A DNA stretch of 63,853 bases, counting the filler, from Reticulomyxa filosa (lineage: Eukaryota; Protista; Foraminifera), in assembly GCA_000512085.1 (NCBI GenBank). It is 18 parts of 18 records of this genome, joined end to end, with 100 filler letters (N's around TTAATTAATTAA, not from the genome) between each part and the next. Parts side by side here need not be neighbours in the genome. Positions count along the whole stretch, not along the records: positions 35,417 to 42,980 come from ASPP01001789.1; positions 43,081 to 47,101 come from ASPP01020417.1; positions 47,202 to 48,252 come from ASPP01013017.1; positions 48,353 to 56,695 come from ASPP01027279.1; 14 more parts are not named here. One strand, given 5' to 3'. The position numbers and the translations under genes were made by a program. Each line of letters begins with the position of its first letter. Position 1 is the stretch's first letter. The notes below the pieces were generated by a model. The model did not search any database. It had not been told where the DNA came from and saw nothing but the letters and a program-made list of their open reading frames with translations. Of this stretch, positions 39,060 to 51,130 are shown piece by piece.

Positions 39060-42000
39060 AGCAACTACAATGATGCAAATGAAAAAGATGAAAAATATGC
39101 CAAAGAGATAAAAACATTGATCCGATTATTTGGAAAATCAATCAAAAAAGAAGAATTGCAAAAGAAAATAGCATACTATAATGGAATGTTAAATTGGTGA
39201 CTAAAGACATTGTTCAACAATTTGTTGAAAAAGCGGTATTGAAATAGTTTTTAAAAAGTCAATAAATCTTTTCTTTCTATCTCCATATTTATCTACAAAA
39301 ATATAGAATAAATTAGAGGAACGCAAAACCAAAAGTCAATTGGAGAATATAGAACAGGTAATAATAAATTTATTTTATTTATTTGTTTCAGGTTATTAAA
39401 TTTATTTTTATTTGTTTTTTTGTTTGTTTGAATAATGAAATGGATAGAAACAAGAACAAGGAAATGCAGTGAATGAAATTAATGGAAATAATAAAAGCAT
39501 ACAAAAGGAAATGGAAAAGACAGAAATCGAAGAAACAAAACCAGTAATTAATTTGAAAGGATATTGCAACAACGAAATATGTTTGGCATCAAAAGTCAAA
39601 TTACCAGTATGTATGAATATTAGGTTTAATAACATCACCTTTGGATCGGACAAGACATTATTTAATTGTCTTGATTGTAGACAATTAACAATTACACCAA
39701 TTATCAAAGCAATACTCTACAATTCTGAATATTCAATTTGTGCAAGTGGTGATTCAATGCCTGTAAAATATAATAATTATCAATGTCCATATTCAATCAA
39801 ATCTGGATTTTCTTATGAATTAAAAGCAAACGAAATAAGACAATATACAAAGAGTATTGAAGATTTGAGAGAATTAGGAATTTGGTAATAGAATTACAGA
39901 AATATGAGCTCACAGTTGTAAAACCACCCAATTTGGAAGGGAATGAAAGGTTATTGTAAAATATTCAAGCAGATTATGGTGATTTTAATCAAGCATTTGA
40001 TATCGGAAGACCTATCATTTTATGTGAAAATTCTACTAAATTATAAATAGCAGTTGCAGTGATGAAAAAGGCGGAACAAGTAATTTGATTGTATCTGAAG
40101 ATAAAAATTTCTTTCATTGATTCCATAATACTAAATTGTATGTTCCAAAACACGATGTATATATCGAAATGCAAGCAACATTGAAGAAGTTTACAACATT
40201 GAAAGGATACATTCTGATCAAAAATCCAAAATTAAATCATTTATTCTATAAACGCATTCGAGCATGGAAACAAGCAAAGTTACAAGCACTTGAAATATAT
40301 ATATATATATTCCATTGCAAGCAAATAATTATTCATGCACCGATGATGATCAATATATAGTTAATTTGCTGATAGAAGAAAAGGAAGAAACAAAAAATGA
40401 ACAACAACGAGTAATAGCATTATAAGGAAAATCAGTATAGATTAAGGTAAAAGTATATTTGGAAGAGGCATTGTGTAAAAAATATGTAACATCTATTCAT
40501 GTTTATATTTCATTACCAAAATGTTATATACATGTATATCATTTCTCAAGCACTACAAATGAAACAAATCATGAATATTACTTGTGAAAATATTTCATTT
40601 ATATTTAATGAAATATTTGACAAATATAATAATAATGGAAGATATTTTTGTGATTGATTTAATTTAAATGAATGGAATGCAAAAATAATATTAACATGTC
40701 GAAGTCATGTATTAATGATGAAGATATTAAAAATGTTTTAATTGGTTCAAAAAATATACCAGCATCAATGGTATATTTAAAAGGTCAAATGAATGGATAT
40801 ATTGACAAATTTGTAAAAATGAATGATAATTTGGATTGGACAGCACATAATATGAAGCAGCATTAAATAATTATCCAAATTTAATAAAATGATGGAAAAA
40901 TCATTAACAGCATTACCATCATTAATGAAACAACATTTAATTGGAACTAGAATATCAAAAGCACAATTATATGAAACATTAAATGGACAATGGATTGATA
41001 TTCATGTGAAAGATATTTCAAGCAAATTATCAGAATTAAGAATTCAAGGAAATCAAATTGCAACAGAAAGCAATTATATGAAAATATTTGCAGTGAAGCG
41101 GAAACTAAACATATGGGAAAGTGATAGTATTGTGAAGTATGTATTAAGAAGAGTTGGTGATAATAATATCAATTTGTACATAAACCATGTCAAGAATATT
41201 ATGATGTACAAAAAATTATATTTGATATTCTTTCATGAAATCCGATATTCTTACTGTCGATTATCAACAATTTCAACAACAATTTGAAAAACATGTTCAA
41301 AAATTATCTGTTAATCGCAAATTATTAAATGAAGAATTGGGAGTTATTCAATTTATTGCAGATAGAAAACCAAGATTATTTCGAATTAATATATTGACAT
41401 TATGATATTTAAAATAAAAATTATGAAAACAAAAATATATGTTTTTATATATTATGGTTGTAGGGAAAAAAAAATTTCACATAATTATATTATAATAGAT
41501 AAATGGAGAAATAAAAGACTGAATTAATGCATTAGAGGATATTTGGCATTTTATGTGATAACGTATATTAATTGCTGATATCAAATCAATGATCTAACAA
41601 TAATAAAAGTAATAATATTAGTACAATTGTGATAATTGATATAATATTTATTCTAGATCATATGGTACAACTATCGTATTTGATATAATATTTATTCTGG
41701 ATCATATGATACAATTATCGTAGGAAGAATACTCACAAAGTCTATGTGGATGAATAAACAACAAGATGGTTGAAAAAAACATTAATTCTCATCAATAACT
41801 TGTGAATTTGATGTCTTATTTAGAATTTTGGTGTCTCCCTGGTGAATACTAAATATATTTTTGAACAAAAAATGGAGTTAGAAATCTTTGGAAAAGATAT
41901 TCATTGATTGGGAGCTATTGAAAGAATATTGGAAGTGATTGTACATATTGTTGTTCAAATGGATCTCAAAGTTATTAATATATCATTTGGAATATTGTTT

Positions 42001-42100
42001 TTTATTTATTCCATAATTACTATTGATTCAATGCAATCAAATAAAGTAAGACTTAATAAAAATAACATTTAATGCATTGTTTATAATTTGAAAGTGAATC
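39060..42100 (+). pseudogene. Decayed NACHT/STAND-type NTPase gene of a lineage-expanded family
   Basis: Fragmented same-strand ORFs with many stops and frameshifts. Cys-rich N-terminal module (INLKGYCNNEICLASK..FNCLDC), YVPKH..YIEM, a broken Walker A remnant near 40410-40460 (VIAL*GKS), post-NACHT helical LTALPSLMK..ISKAQLYE..QWIDIH. Confidence 0.55.
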
Positions 42101-42419
42101 AATTGTATTTTGTGTATGCGAATTAAATTTGTTAAAAAATTCAAAGATTTTGTGCATTTGAAACAGTTATATACAGTGGTGTCAACAAATTATATGACTG
42201 TGGATGATCTTTCTGAACGGTTACAAGAATTCAGTCAGTTTTGCAGTGATTGAATTTGGAGTCATTTCTGGAAGCACGTCAAAACTATTACAATGAACAA
42301 AATACGTTCCAAAAATTGCAAGAACTAATGAAATATTTGGCAGATATGAAGGACAGTTGTAAAGTAATGGAAATAAAAAAACAGAAAGAACTAACAAACC
42401 GTAAATAAAATCAACAAAT

Positions 42420-42980
42420 AACAAAATAACACGAAACAATCAACAAAAAACTCAAATGGTTTACTATAAAACAACAAAATGAACTGAACGAACAAAAGAG
42501 CATAAATCAAAACAAAAAAACCCTAAAAAACTTTCAAGAAAACAAAGCTCTCTAAATTAAAATGAATACAAGTACACGAAATCAAGAAAAAGAAAAAGAA
42601 ATAATTAGGATTAGCAAATGGATAAACGAGAATAAACAACAATACTGGATATCACAAAGAAGGATACAAATGGGAATCAAAGATCAAGATGGAAATATAG
42701 ATTATGAAGCACTAACATGGATAGAAACCGCAAAAAAACAAGTCCAAGAATTTAAACTAAAAATTCAAAAATTAAAGGGATAATATAAACCAGTAGACCC
42801 ACTAACAAAAGAAATCAAAGGAATATTGGAAGACAAAACATATACTAACAATAACCCAAGAGATGACTGGAGAAACTATAATAGATATAATAAATACCAA
42901 AGTTCAACAACAGCATCAAATAATGCAATCATCTTACACGTAAATATTGAAAATTGCTATGAGCACAATATTTGTCTAAA
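42420..42980 (+). mobile_element. Possible decayed non-LTR retrotransposon fragment
   Basis: Strongly A-rich strand with stop-interrupted ORF pieces ending in NNAIILHVNI, which resembles the first strand of an APE/EEP endonuclease; truncated by the contig end. Confidence 0.3.
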
Positions 42981-43437
42981 NNNNNNNNNNNNNNNNNNNN
43001 NNNNNNNNNNNNNNNNNNNNNNNNTTAATTAATTAANNNNNNNNNNNNNNNNNNNNNNNNNNNNNNNNNNNNNNNNNNNNAATAAAAAAAAAAAATGGAA
43101 GGCAAATTGTCTACTAATGAGCAATAGCAACAACAGCGACAATAATAATAAAAAAATTAACTAAACACAGCACAAAAACGTCGTCGTACAATATCAAGTG
43201 ACAATTCGCAAGCGAAGACAGAAAAGTCTCCCTCGTCAATGTCATCGTTATCACGTCCTTTTGTGGGCATGATAGGTGAGTTTAATGAAGTGCAACACAA
43301 AGTAGCAAGAGAAACAACATTGAGGAGTGAGGTTTGAGGAGAAAGACAAAAAAAAAAAAAAAAAAAAAAAGTGTGTTTCATGTGCGACAGCAGGGTCAAT
43401 CCAAATTGTATAACAAAACTTTAACTACTGTGTTTAT

Positions 43438-44581
43438 ATGTACACGTATGTAGGTGGACATGCTCATCACAACGCAAACACAAATGTGAATGTAAATGTA
43501 AACGTGGGGACATTGTCAAGCAGCGCCAACGACAACGAAGCAGTGGATGCACACGCGAACATGAACGCGACTGCTGTCGGCCCAAACAAGCGCAAGCGCT
43601 CTCGCGAGCAGTTTGAGGCGGCATCGATCCCAACTCAACAAACCACGACGCCGGTGTCGACCGTGGTCACAGTGGCCACGACGATCTTCCCCAGTGCCAG
43701 CAGCAATGAAGAAAGTACAGAACACGCCCGAGGCAATCATCACGCGAACAATGAAGCTGAAGCAGAAGAAGAAGAAGAAGAAGAAGAAGGAGATGAAGAA
43801 CAAGATGCTGAAGAAGAGGAAGAAGAAGAAGACGAAGAAGAAGAAGAAGAAGAAGAAGAAGAGGAAGAGGAAGAAGAAAGAGAAGAGCAACATAATGATA
43901 ATAGTAATACTACTTCTACTACTACTACTACTACTACTAACAATAATAGTAATACTAATACTAATAATAACAATGAGGGAGAAGAGGAAGAGGATGGCGA
44001 TGATGATAACGAAGATGACAATGACAACGACGATGATGATAGCTCGAGTGAGAAAAGACACGACAACGACGATGATTGGATTCACGTGAATGCATACAAA
44101 GAGTCAAAGGCCCGTGGCACGTTGGATCCGATCATTGACGACTTGGATGCACAAATTAGAGAAGTTCAAAATGGTTAACATAGAGGGGGAGGCAAGGGAT
44201 AACATAAACAATCGAAAGTCTCTTCATTGCAACACTCAATCAACAACAACATAAAAAATAAACAATAAACAATAATAAATAAAATAAAAAAAAAAAGGGA
44301 CTCATCCTCGTTTACTGGAAATCTACAAAGAGATTGACAAAGAAATGGAAGAGTCACTGGCAAAATTGCAAGCGGAGGAAAAAAAAGTGATTGAAGATCG
44401 TAAGGGCCATTTCGAATGCTACAAACAGTCACTCCTTAACACTTTAAGCAATGACATCGAATTCAAAAAAAAAGAAATGGAAGACACCTTTCGTCAAAGG
44501 ATCGAGCAAATGTCTGCACAAATGAGAGGGCAACAAGCACATGCCACATACGTGCAAGAAAAGGACTACAGTAATAATAGC

Positions 44582-44613
<32 letters not shown>

Positions 44614-45471
44614 AAGTAAATGTAAGAATGACAATTATATCAATCATGGAATAATGGAATCAATGCCAATGCCAATACCAATACCTATAAAAGTCGAAGA
44701 AAAAGACGACAACTTGCGAAAAATACTGTTTGAAATACCAACTGAAAACATGAAAACGGATGATCATGTGATAAAAATGGAAAATCCTCAAATCGCTTGT
44801 CTTCAAATGTCCGATTGCAAACTACTTCCAATTGCGGAATCGACTCATTCTTGCACGCACAATGACAGTATCGATACCTCGACTTGGAATCCATACTCGA
44901 AAAAGCAGTTGACACCCAAATCAAATTTGCCTCCAAATTCCACTTTTCATGACCAATTACTACAAAGTTGAGACTGACTCTAATTTTTTTTTTTTACACA
45001 CTCTGTATCCAGCAACAAAAACATGGAACATGCTATCTTTTTTTATAATCAACAAAAGAGCGATGGGACGAACTTGGCAAGATCAGCTTACCGTCCAATG
45101 AAATTGAACAAGATCTCCAAGAAATGATAGCCACAGCACACAAAATTACAATGAATCGGAAGGGTAATCTATCGACTCGAGCGATGCTCAGCAAATGGCC
45201 TGTCAGTGTTGTCACTTATGACAGCAAAGACAATTGTGTTAACATTGATGGCAAACTCTATCGCCCTGGTTATATCATCAATGTCAGGATTAGAAAAGGT
45301 GCTGGCATGTGCGGCTACGTGCATTCCATTACTTGCGATGGTATGTGGCTATGCATTAAACCTACTCATTTCGGTCAAAGTCATATTCCAAGTCGAAATG
45401 AATTAGAGTTTACCTTTGTATCTTATGAAGATATCAGGGAAGGGTTTTACAAATTGCGATTGGGAAATTAA
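43438..45471 (+). CDS. Sds3/BRMS1-like Sin3-HDAC complex subunit with an acidic low-complexity N-terminus, multi-exon
   Basis: DDLDAQIREVQN|GTHPRLLEIYKEI followed by a coiled coil (Sds3 GtHPey motif); LPSNEIEQDLQEM (L..xEIxeDL); C-terminal DGKLYRPG..V..GYVHSIT..DIREGFYKL. Confidence 0.7.
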
Positions 45472-45877
45472 TTTTTTCTTGTTAACAAGGTCTTTTTTTC
45501 CTCTTTCTTGCTTCTAATACCTTTCCGTCCTATGATAAGAAATAAACTCGTACTCAAAACCTTATTGTTAAACAAACGTTACTTGCACAACAAATTTTTA
45601 AAACTTTGAAGACCACGTTCAATACAACATAAATATTTGATCTTGGGCTTTGTTTACATTATTCCAACATATTGATTCAAAAGTTAATGGAATAATCAAA
45701 TCTCTTCGATAGCAATGTTGTTCTTTTATACATAATTTTATTGAGATTATTATAAGACAAGATCACACGTGCACGTTGAATAAAAAATTTTATTTAAAAA
45801 GGAAAATTAATATTCAAAGACGAATTGGCCAGTAAATATCTGGCTTTCGAATGTCGCCATGTTATGAAGCAATGCAA

Positions 45878-46985
45878 TTATAGCGCGATCGCACAATGAA
45901 CAGAATAAAGTACACTAAAAAAAGATACTAGAAAAAAAAATACCACAAGGATGGAAAAAAACAAAGAAAGAAAAAAATATCTCAAAAAACATTCAATGCG
46001 CCAAGGTTTGTAGTGTATGCAATTACCATGCCAATACCAACTGCACTCATTAATGCACACAGCCACAATCCGAACACTATTTCAAACTTCAGCCCGTACA
46101 GCTTTTTTTTTTTGCGAGGAAGGGAAGGGTAAAAATTAAAAAATTTTAATACTTGCAACTTTGTCAAAGGATAGTAGGGACAAACAAAAGTTTACAAACT
46201 GTTGGTTTTAGTTTAAAATGGAAATTTGGATTTCGACATTTGATAATTTCTTTCACTTCATCACACTAATTCATCCAACACACGATATCAAAAGTGATCA
46301 ATGATTATCATTATACGTATGTCCTTATCCACAAAAAATACGCATATACACACAATAATATATAAATATGCAGACACACCAATTGCCGGAGTTTATAACA
46401 TTTTTGAATAAGAAATATAATACATCCATTGGACAGCGTGAAACAGCCGACCGTTAAAAAAAAGCAAGGTAAATTTTGAGGGCTTTTTTGCGTGAGTTGG
46501 ATAAAGTGCAATTGAATAACAAAGAAAAACGTGGATAGAGCGGCCCAGATGAAAACAAAGAGGAGCGCAATTTCGGTATTGGAAAACACTAAGCTCTGTT
46601 TTCGAAACAAGTACTCGCACATGTGCCACAGGCATACCTCATTCCACTCCATATTCATGTTCAAATGCACACAAACACGCGAATGGCCATGTTTGAGCAA
46701 GGAGTGGAGGAAGTGATAGTTGGACACCAATGGCGAGATCCTTTTCAAACACAACGTGAAGATGATGCCGACAAACACCCACAAATGAACTAACACGAAC
46801 AATGCATCGATGCAAATGGTGAGTTCGCGTTTGTTCTGAGAAAATTCCGATCTTTGCCAAACCAATAGCGGCACTAGCCAGAAACAAAACAATATCAAAT
46901 ACACGCCTCCAAACCAAACTTGTTGTTTCCAATCGAGCTGTTCCATGTCAATTAGCCATTCGTTGCAAGTCAAATATTCGACCAT
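45878..46985 (-). CDS. Hypothetical multi-pass membrane protein, multi-exon
   Basis: Several hydrophobic helices in ORFs 46311-46985 and 45982-46167. Confidence 0.5.
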
Positions 46986-47201
46986 TTTCGAACTTTTCCT
47001 TTTTTTTTTTTTTTTTTTTTTTAAAAAAAAGTTTTTATGTGTGAAATCTCATCACATCTGTAATAAAAAAAAAAAAAAAAAAAAACTTGAAAACATGAAT
47101 TNNNNNNNNNNNNNNNNNNNNNNNNNNNNNNNNNNNNNNNNNNNNTTAATTAATTAANNNNNNNNNNNNNNNNNNNNNNNNNNNNNNNNNNNNNNNNNNN
47201 N

Positions 47202-47362
47202 AGTTGTACGAGAAGAACGATGAACGCGAACAGGAAATCGTTGACGAACACGCACCTTCATTAGGCGGTGCGTTGAAGGCCGCTGCTGGCGGCGCGGCGG
47301 TTGGCGGCGCATTTGGCTTCGTGGGCAGTGCAGCGAACAAGTACTTCAAGGAAGGTAACCCC
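47202..47362 (+). CDS. Bacterial ORF fragment with a Gly/Ala-rich hydrophobic helix, ending at or interrupted by the IS
   Basis: SLGGALKAAAGGAAVGGAFGFVGSAANKYF in GC-rich sequence, reading straight into the IS left end. Confidence 0.4.
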
Positions 47363-47427
47363 CCGCGTCAGAATAGTTGTCGGTTCCATTTCCCAAGCGG
47401 ATGATCCGCATCGGAACGACAGACAAA

Positions 47428-47943
47428 ATGCAGAGAATGAGAAGAACGCCTGAATTCAAAGAGCAGGCATTGAGCAAGGCCAGGCAGCGCGGCGAGCGCA
47501 CGCTGGACGAAGTGGCCGAGGAGCTGAACATGCCGATAGGCACGCTCAAGGGCTGGCTCAAGACAGAGAGCAAACGCGGCGCCGAGATGGGGATGCCGAG
47601 CAAGCTGCCCGAGAGCCTGCCTGCGCGTCAGTGGAGCGGCGCGGAGCGCTTGCTAGCCCTGCACGAGAGTCATGGCCTCAGCGGCGAAGCCCTGCACGCC
47701 TGGTGCCGAGAGAAGGGGCTGTACGAACACCAGCTCAACGCCTGGCGCGAAGCCTTCTGCAACAGCCCGGAGCCTGAGTCTGCCCAGGAGCGGCGTCAGT
47801 CGAAAGCCGAGCTCAAGGCGCTGCAAAGCAAGCACGAGGTGCTGCAACGCGAGCTGCGCAGAAAGGAGCGCGCGCTGGCTGAAGCGGCGGCGCTGCTGGT
47901 GCTGCAAAAAAAGTTCCAAGCGCTGTTGGGGGACGAGGATTGA
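47428..47943 (+). CDS. IS3-family transposase OrfA
   Basis: N-terminal HTH (TPEFKEQAL..TLDEVAEELNMPIGTLKGW), WCREKGLY.HQL..W, C-terminal zipper ELRRKERALAEAAALLVLQKK. Confidence 0.9.
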   Translation: MQRMRRTPEFKEQALSKARQRGERTLDEVAEELNMPIGTLKGWLKTESKRGAEMGMPSKLPESLPARQWSGAERLLALHESHGLSGEALHAWCREKGLYEHQLNAWREAFCNSPEPESAQERRQSKAELKALQSKHEVLQRELRRKERALAEAAALLVLQKKFQALLGDED

Positions 47944-48252
47944 TGACCGATCCTCAGCAGCGCGAAACTCTGATGGGCTTGATTGACGAAGCCTGTGCCG
48001 CTGGCGCGAGGCTGGAGGCGGCATGTGCACAGATCGGTCTGACCGGGCGGACTGTGCAGCGCTGGCGGCATCCAGCAGGGCGGTGCGGGGATCGTCGTGT
48101 GAAGGGGCTGCACAAGCGAGCGGAGCCCGGCAACAAGCTCAGCGAAGCTGAACGCAAGGCCGCCATGGCAGTGCTCAATGGCGAGGAGTTCAAGAACCTG
48201 CCGCCCAGCCAGATCGTGCCCCGTCTGGCCGATCAGGGGCGCTACATCGCCA
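47943..48252 (+). CDS. IS3-family transposase OrfB, N-terminal part
   Basis: LIDEACAAGARLEAACAQIGLTGRTVQRW..PGNKLSEAER..LPPSQIVPRLADQGRYIA; TGATG overlap with orfA. Confidence 0.88.
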
Positions 48253-48505
48253 NNNNNNNNNNNNNNNNNNNNNNNNNNNNNNNNNNNNNNNNNNNNTTAA
48301 TTAATTAANNNNNNNNNNNNNNNNNNNNNNNNNNNNNNNNNNNNNNNNNNNNAAAAAAAACAGTGTTGATGAAATATATTTTAAAAAATGTTAATACTGT
48401 ATTTTGGAAGGAATACTGTTTGGGTTTGGCAAGAAGACCCCGTAACTTTTTCTTTTTTTTTTTACGGTAAAAATTCTTTAATTGGGTTGATTAGAGGTTG
48501 AAATT

Positions 48506-50035
48506 ATGTTGAATTTATTACTGTTTGCTTTCTGTATTGGTTTGTCTGTTGCAGCAGAGTTTTGGGGAGGGTATGGTGCCTGGACGCTGGTGATTTCGTT
48601 GACAACATTGGGACTATGGTTGACAGCAGCCAAAAGGCATGACAATATAGTAACAATTGAGCCATTTCAGCCTTATTTCGGGCATTTGAATGAGTTTAGA
48701 AGATTCTACAGTGGTTCGATGTATGACGACTGTGCCAAATGGTTGGCAAAGTATGAAAAGCATCGAGTGATCGCATTTTCGCTGCCATTGCGAACGTATG
48801 TGTCCATTTTAGACCCAGCTTACATTGAGCTCATATGGACGGCAGAATTTGAATCAGCAGAGAAGTCTGATTTTTTCAACGAAAAGTACGAGCCGTTGTT
48901 CGGGAATGGAATTTTCAACGCAGATGGAAAGATTTGGAGAAAGCACCGAAAAATCGCATCTCAAATATTTACGATGCGCAGTTTGAAGGGCCACATGTTT
49001 GAGTGTTTTATTAACACAACGAAGGATTTTATGGAAAAGATAAGCGAGATGACCAACAAAGGAAATAAGGCGATTGACATTAGTGACATGTTTGGACGCT
49101 TGACATTGGAAGCATTTACATTTATGGCCTTTGGTGCAGAAGTCCCGTGCATTCGAAAGGCGCCCGAAGTGCTCGAATTTCCGAAGGCATTTGATGCGGC
49201 ATTTGTTATATGCAGTCGCCGTTGGCTGAACCCGCTGTTCAAATTGGAATCGTGGCTAAATATTGGCAAGGAAAAAGAATTGAAACAACACGTGAAAGTA
49301 GTGAATAAATTTGTATCTGATGTCATTGCACAGAGAAAAGACATGAAATATCGTGACGAGCTGGCCAAGCGATACGACCTCATTTCCTCGTTTTTGCAAG
49401 ACAAGGAACATCAAATGACTGAGAAAGAATTACGTGATATTACTATCAATTTCATCACTGCTGGCAGGGACACCACAGCCAGTTTGCTGACGTGGACTTG
49501 CTACGAACTCGCAATGCATCCTGATATCTGCGACAAAGTTCGAAAAGAGGTCGTCTCTTTGTGCGGCGATGACGCTGACGATTTTATGTCCTTTGACCAG
49601 GTCACCAAAATGACCTATTTGGAAGCGGTTCTTTTTGAGACACTGCGCTTACATCCTTCCGTACCTGTCTTATTGCGCTTTGCAACCAGGGATATTCACC
49701 TACCCGGCGGTGAAATCATTCGAAAAGGTGAAGGTGTTGTTATCAATGCCTACGCTTTGGCACGCTTGGACAAATTTTGGAAAGATCCTCTCAAGTTTGA
49801 TCCTACCCGCTTTTTGGACCAAACGTACTCCCCTGCCCAGTATCCCTATTTCAACTTGCCTCCTCGCTTGTGCTTGGGCAAACACGTGGCTATCATGGAA
49901 ACCAAAATTGCTATCGCCAAGCTTGCGATGAAATACAACTTCAAGTTGAAAGAGGGGCAATCCTTTGTGCCTACTTTCAGTGCAACTATGCAATTAAAAG
50001 AAGGAATGAAAATGCACTTTATTCCAAGAACATAA
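48506..50035 (+). CDS. Cytochrome P450, intronless, resembling CYP86/94/704-type fatty-acid hydroxylases
   Basis: N-terminal membrane anchor; GIFNADGKIWRKHRK; I-helix FITAGRDTT; K-helix ETLRLHP; FDPTRF; heme loop FNLPPRLCLG. Confidence 0.96.
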   Translation: MLNLLLFAFCIGLSVAAEFWGGYGAWTLVISLTTLGLWLTAAKRHDNIVTIEPFQPYFGHLNEFRRFYSGSMYDDCAKWLAKYEKHRVIAFSLPLRTYVSILDPAYIELIWTAEFESAEKSDFFNEKYEPLFGNGIFNADGKIWRKHRKIASQIFTMRSLKGHMFECFINTTKDFMEKISEMTNKGNKAIDISDMFGRLTLEAFTFMAFGAEVPCIRKAPEVLEFPKAFDAAFVICSRRWLNPLFKLESWLNIGKEKELKQHVKVVNKFVSDVIAQRKDMKYRDELAKRYDLISSFLQDKEHQMTEKELRDITINFITAGRDTTASLLTWTCYELAMHPDICDKVRKEVVSLCGDDADDFMSFDQVTKMTYLEAVLFETLRLHPSVPVLLRFATRDIHLPGGEIIRKGEGVVINAYALARLDKFWKDPLKFDPTRFLDQTYSPAQYPYFNLPPRLCLGKHVAIMETKIAIAKLAMKYNFKLKEGQSFVPTFSATMQLKEGMKMHFIPRT

Positions 50036-50575
50036 ATATTGTTGGTGTTTTATTTTGTTTTTACTTTTAGTACAAATAAGTTTTGACATAATTTTTCGAA
50101 TTTTCTTTTTTCCCCCGAATTAGTTTCTGAAGTAAATATGTAAATTTACTTTTTCTCATCTTGTGCATTAGTAATCTTAATCTTCCTGTCCTTACTTAAA
50201 ACACGTCGCATGAATACCAATTCTAAGTAATATTATCACCTAGTGAAATGAAAAAATTTTATGATTAAAAAATGAAATTGAAAGTTTGCCACAAAAGAAA
50301 AATACTTGACATTGTTCGCCCCTGGAGCAAAAAATATATAAGAAAGCTTTCTTCAGTGTTAATTCAAACTAAAATTAAAAATTTTTTGATATCGCCATAG
50401 AGCAAATGAAAAGCTTATCCAGAACGAAAAGTATGTCGGCAAAATTCTGTAAACTGAATATAATGTGTTGAAGAAGTTCATAAAATCATATTGCTATAAA
50501 ATTGAATAATTTATACAAACATCAACTTTTTGAGTTTTATTATATATTTATTATTTATCATTATTCACGTTTTCT

Positions 50576-50646
50576 TGCCAATGAGGAGTACTTCTATTGG
50601 AAGGGCGTTATTAAATGAAACGCCAACAATAGAAAAATCCGAGGTA
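50576..50646 (+). ncRNA. Candidate structured ncRNA, unit 1 (box C/D-like or three-way junction)
   Basis: TGCC/GGTA terminal stem, ATGAGGA...CCGA box-like ends, hairpins CTTCT-att-GGAAG and GGCGTT...AACGCC shared with unit 2. Confidence 0.3.
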
Positions 50647-50662
50647 TTTTCTTGAAAACTTC

Positions 50663-50740
50663 TGCATATGATTAGGGACTTCCATCGGGAAGGGCGTTGA
50701 TCTCTAGGTTCAATGAAACGCCAGCTTCAGCCCTGAGGCA
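50663..50740 (+). ncRNA. Candidate structured ncRNA, unit 2 (box C/D-like or three-way junction)
   Basis: TGC/GCA terminal stem, ATGATTA...CTGA ends, hairpins CTTCC-atcg-GGAAG and GGCGTT...AACGCC. Confidence 0.35.
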
Positions 50741-51130
50741 TTTGGAATTTTAAAAAATTCCCCCAATTTTCTATTTATTTGATTTGTTTTTTTCTTCTCA
50801 TGCATTAAAAACCAATCTATAAAATGTTTATACCATAGTAATGCTTCACAGAATTTAAGTTTGCAGCTTGAGTCTTTTTTTTTCTAATATTTATTAAAAC
50901 AAAACTATTATAAGATATGAACAGTGTTCAAAACTTGAGACTTGTGCAGTGAGTTTTAATTCAAAGGAAAACATCAAAAGCTTTGTTGATCTTTTGCTGG
51001 CAAAGACTAGAAGCTTAATGCCTTGAGATAATAATTTTCATGGTTTGATAAGAAAGAACTTTGATAATTAAACATACACGCAAAATAATCAAAATTTAAG
51101 GAAACAATACAAGAACTTAGTGGCTGTTGA

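Larger units (their letters stand above)
47364..48252 (+). mobile_element. IS3-family insertion sequence, left part (bacterial)
   Basis: orfA and orfB in 0/-1 frames with an A-AAA-AAG slippery site. Probable left end near gtcagaatagttgtcg (47367-47382), approximate because the right end is missing. Confidence 0.88.

Noticed and set aside
47202-48252. Horizontal transfer of an IS3 element into the eukaryote
   Set aside because: The whole contig is bacterial-like, with no junction to host DNA.
50576-50740. Hammerhead ribozyme or TPP riboswitch
   Set aside because: GAAAC is present but there is no CUGANGA core. The reverse strand has GAACCT but lacks the CUGAGA and P4/P5 consensus of TPP riboswitches.
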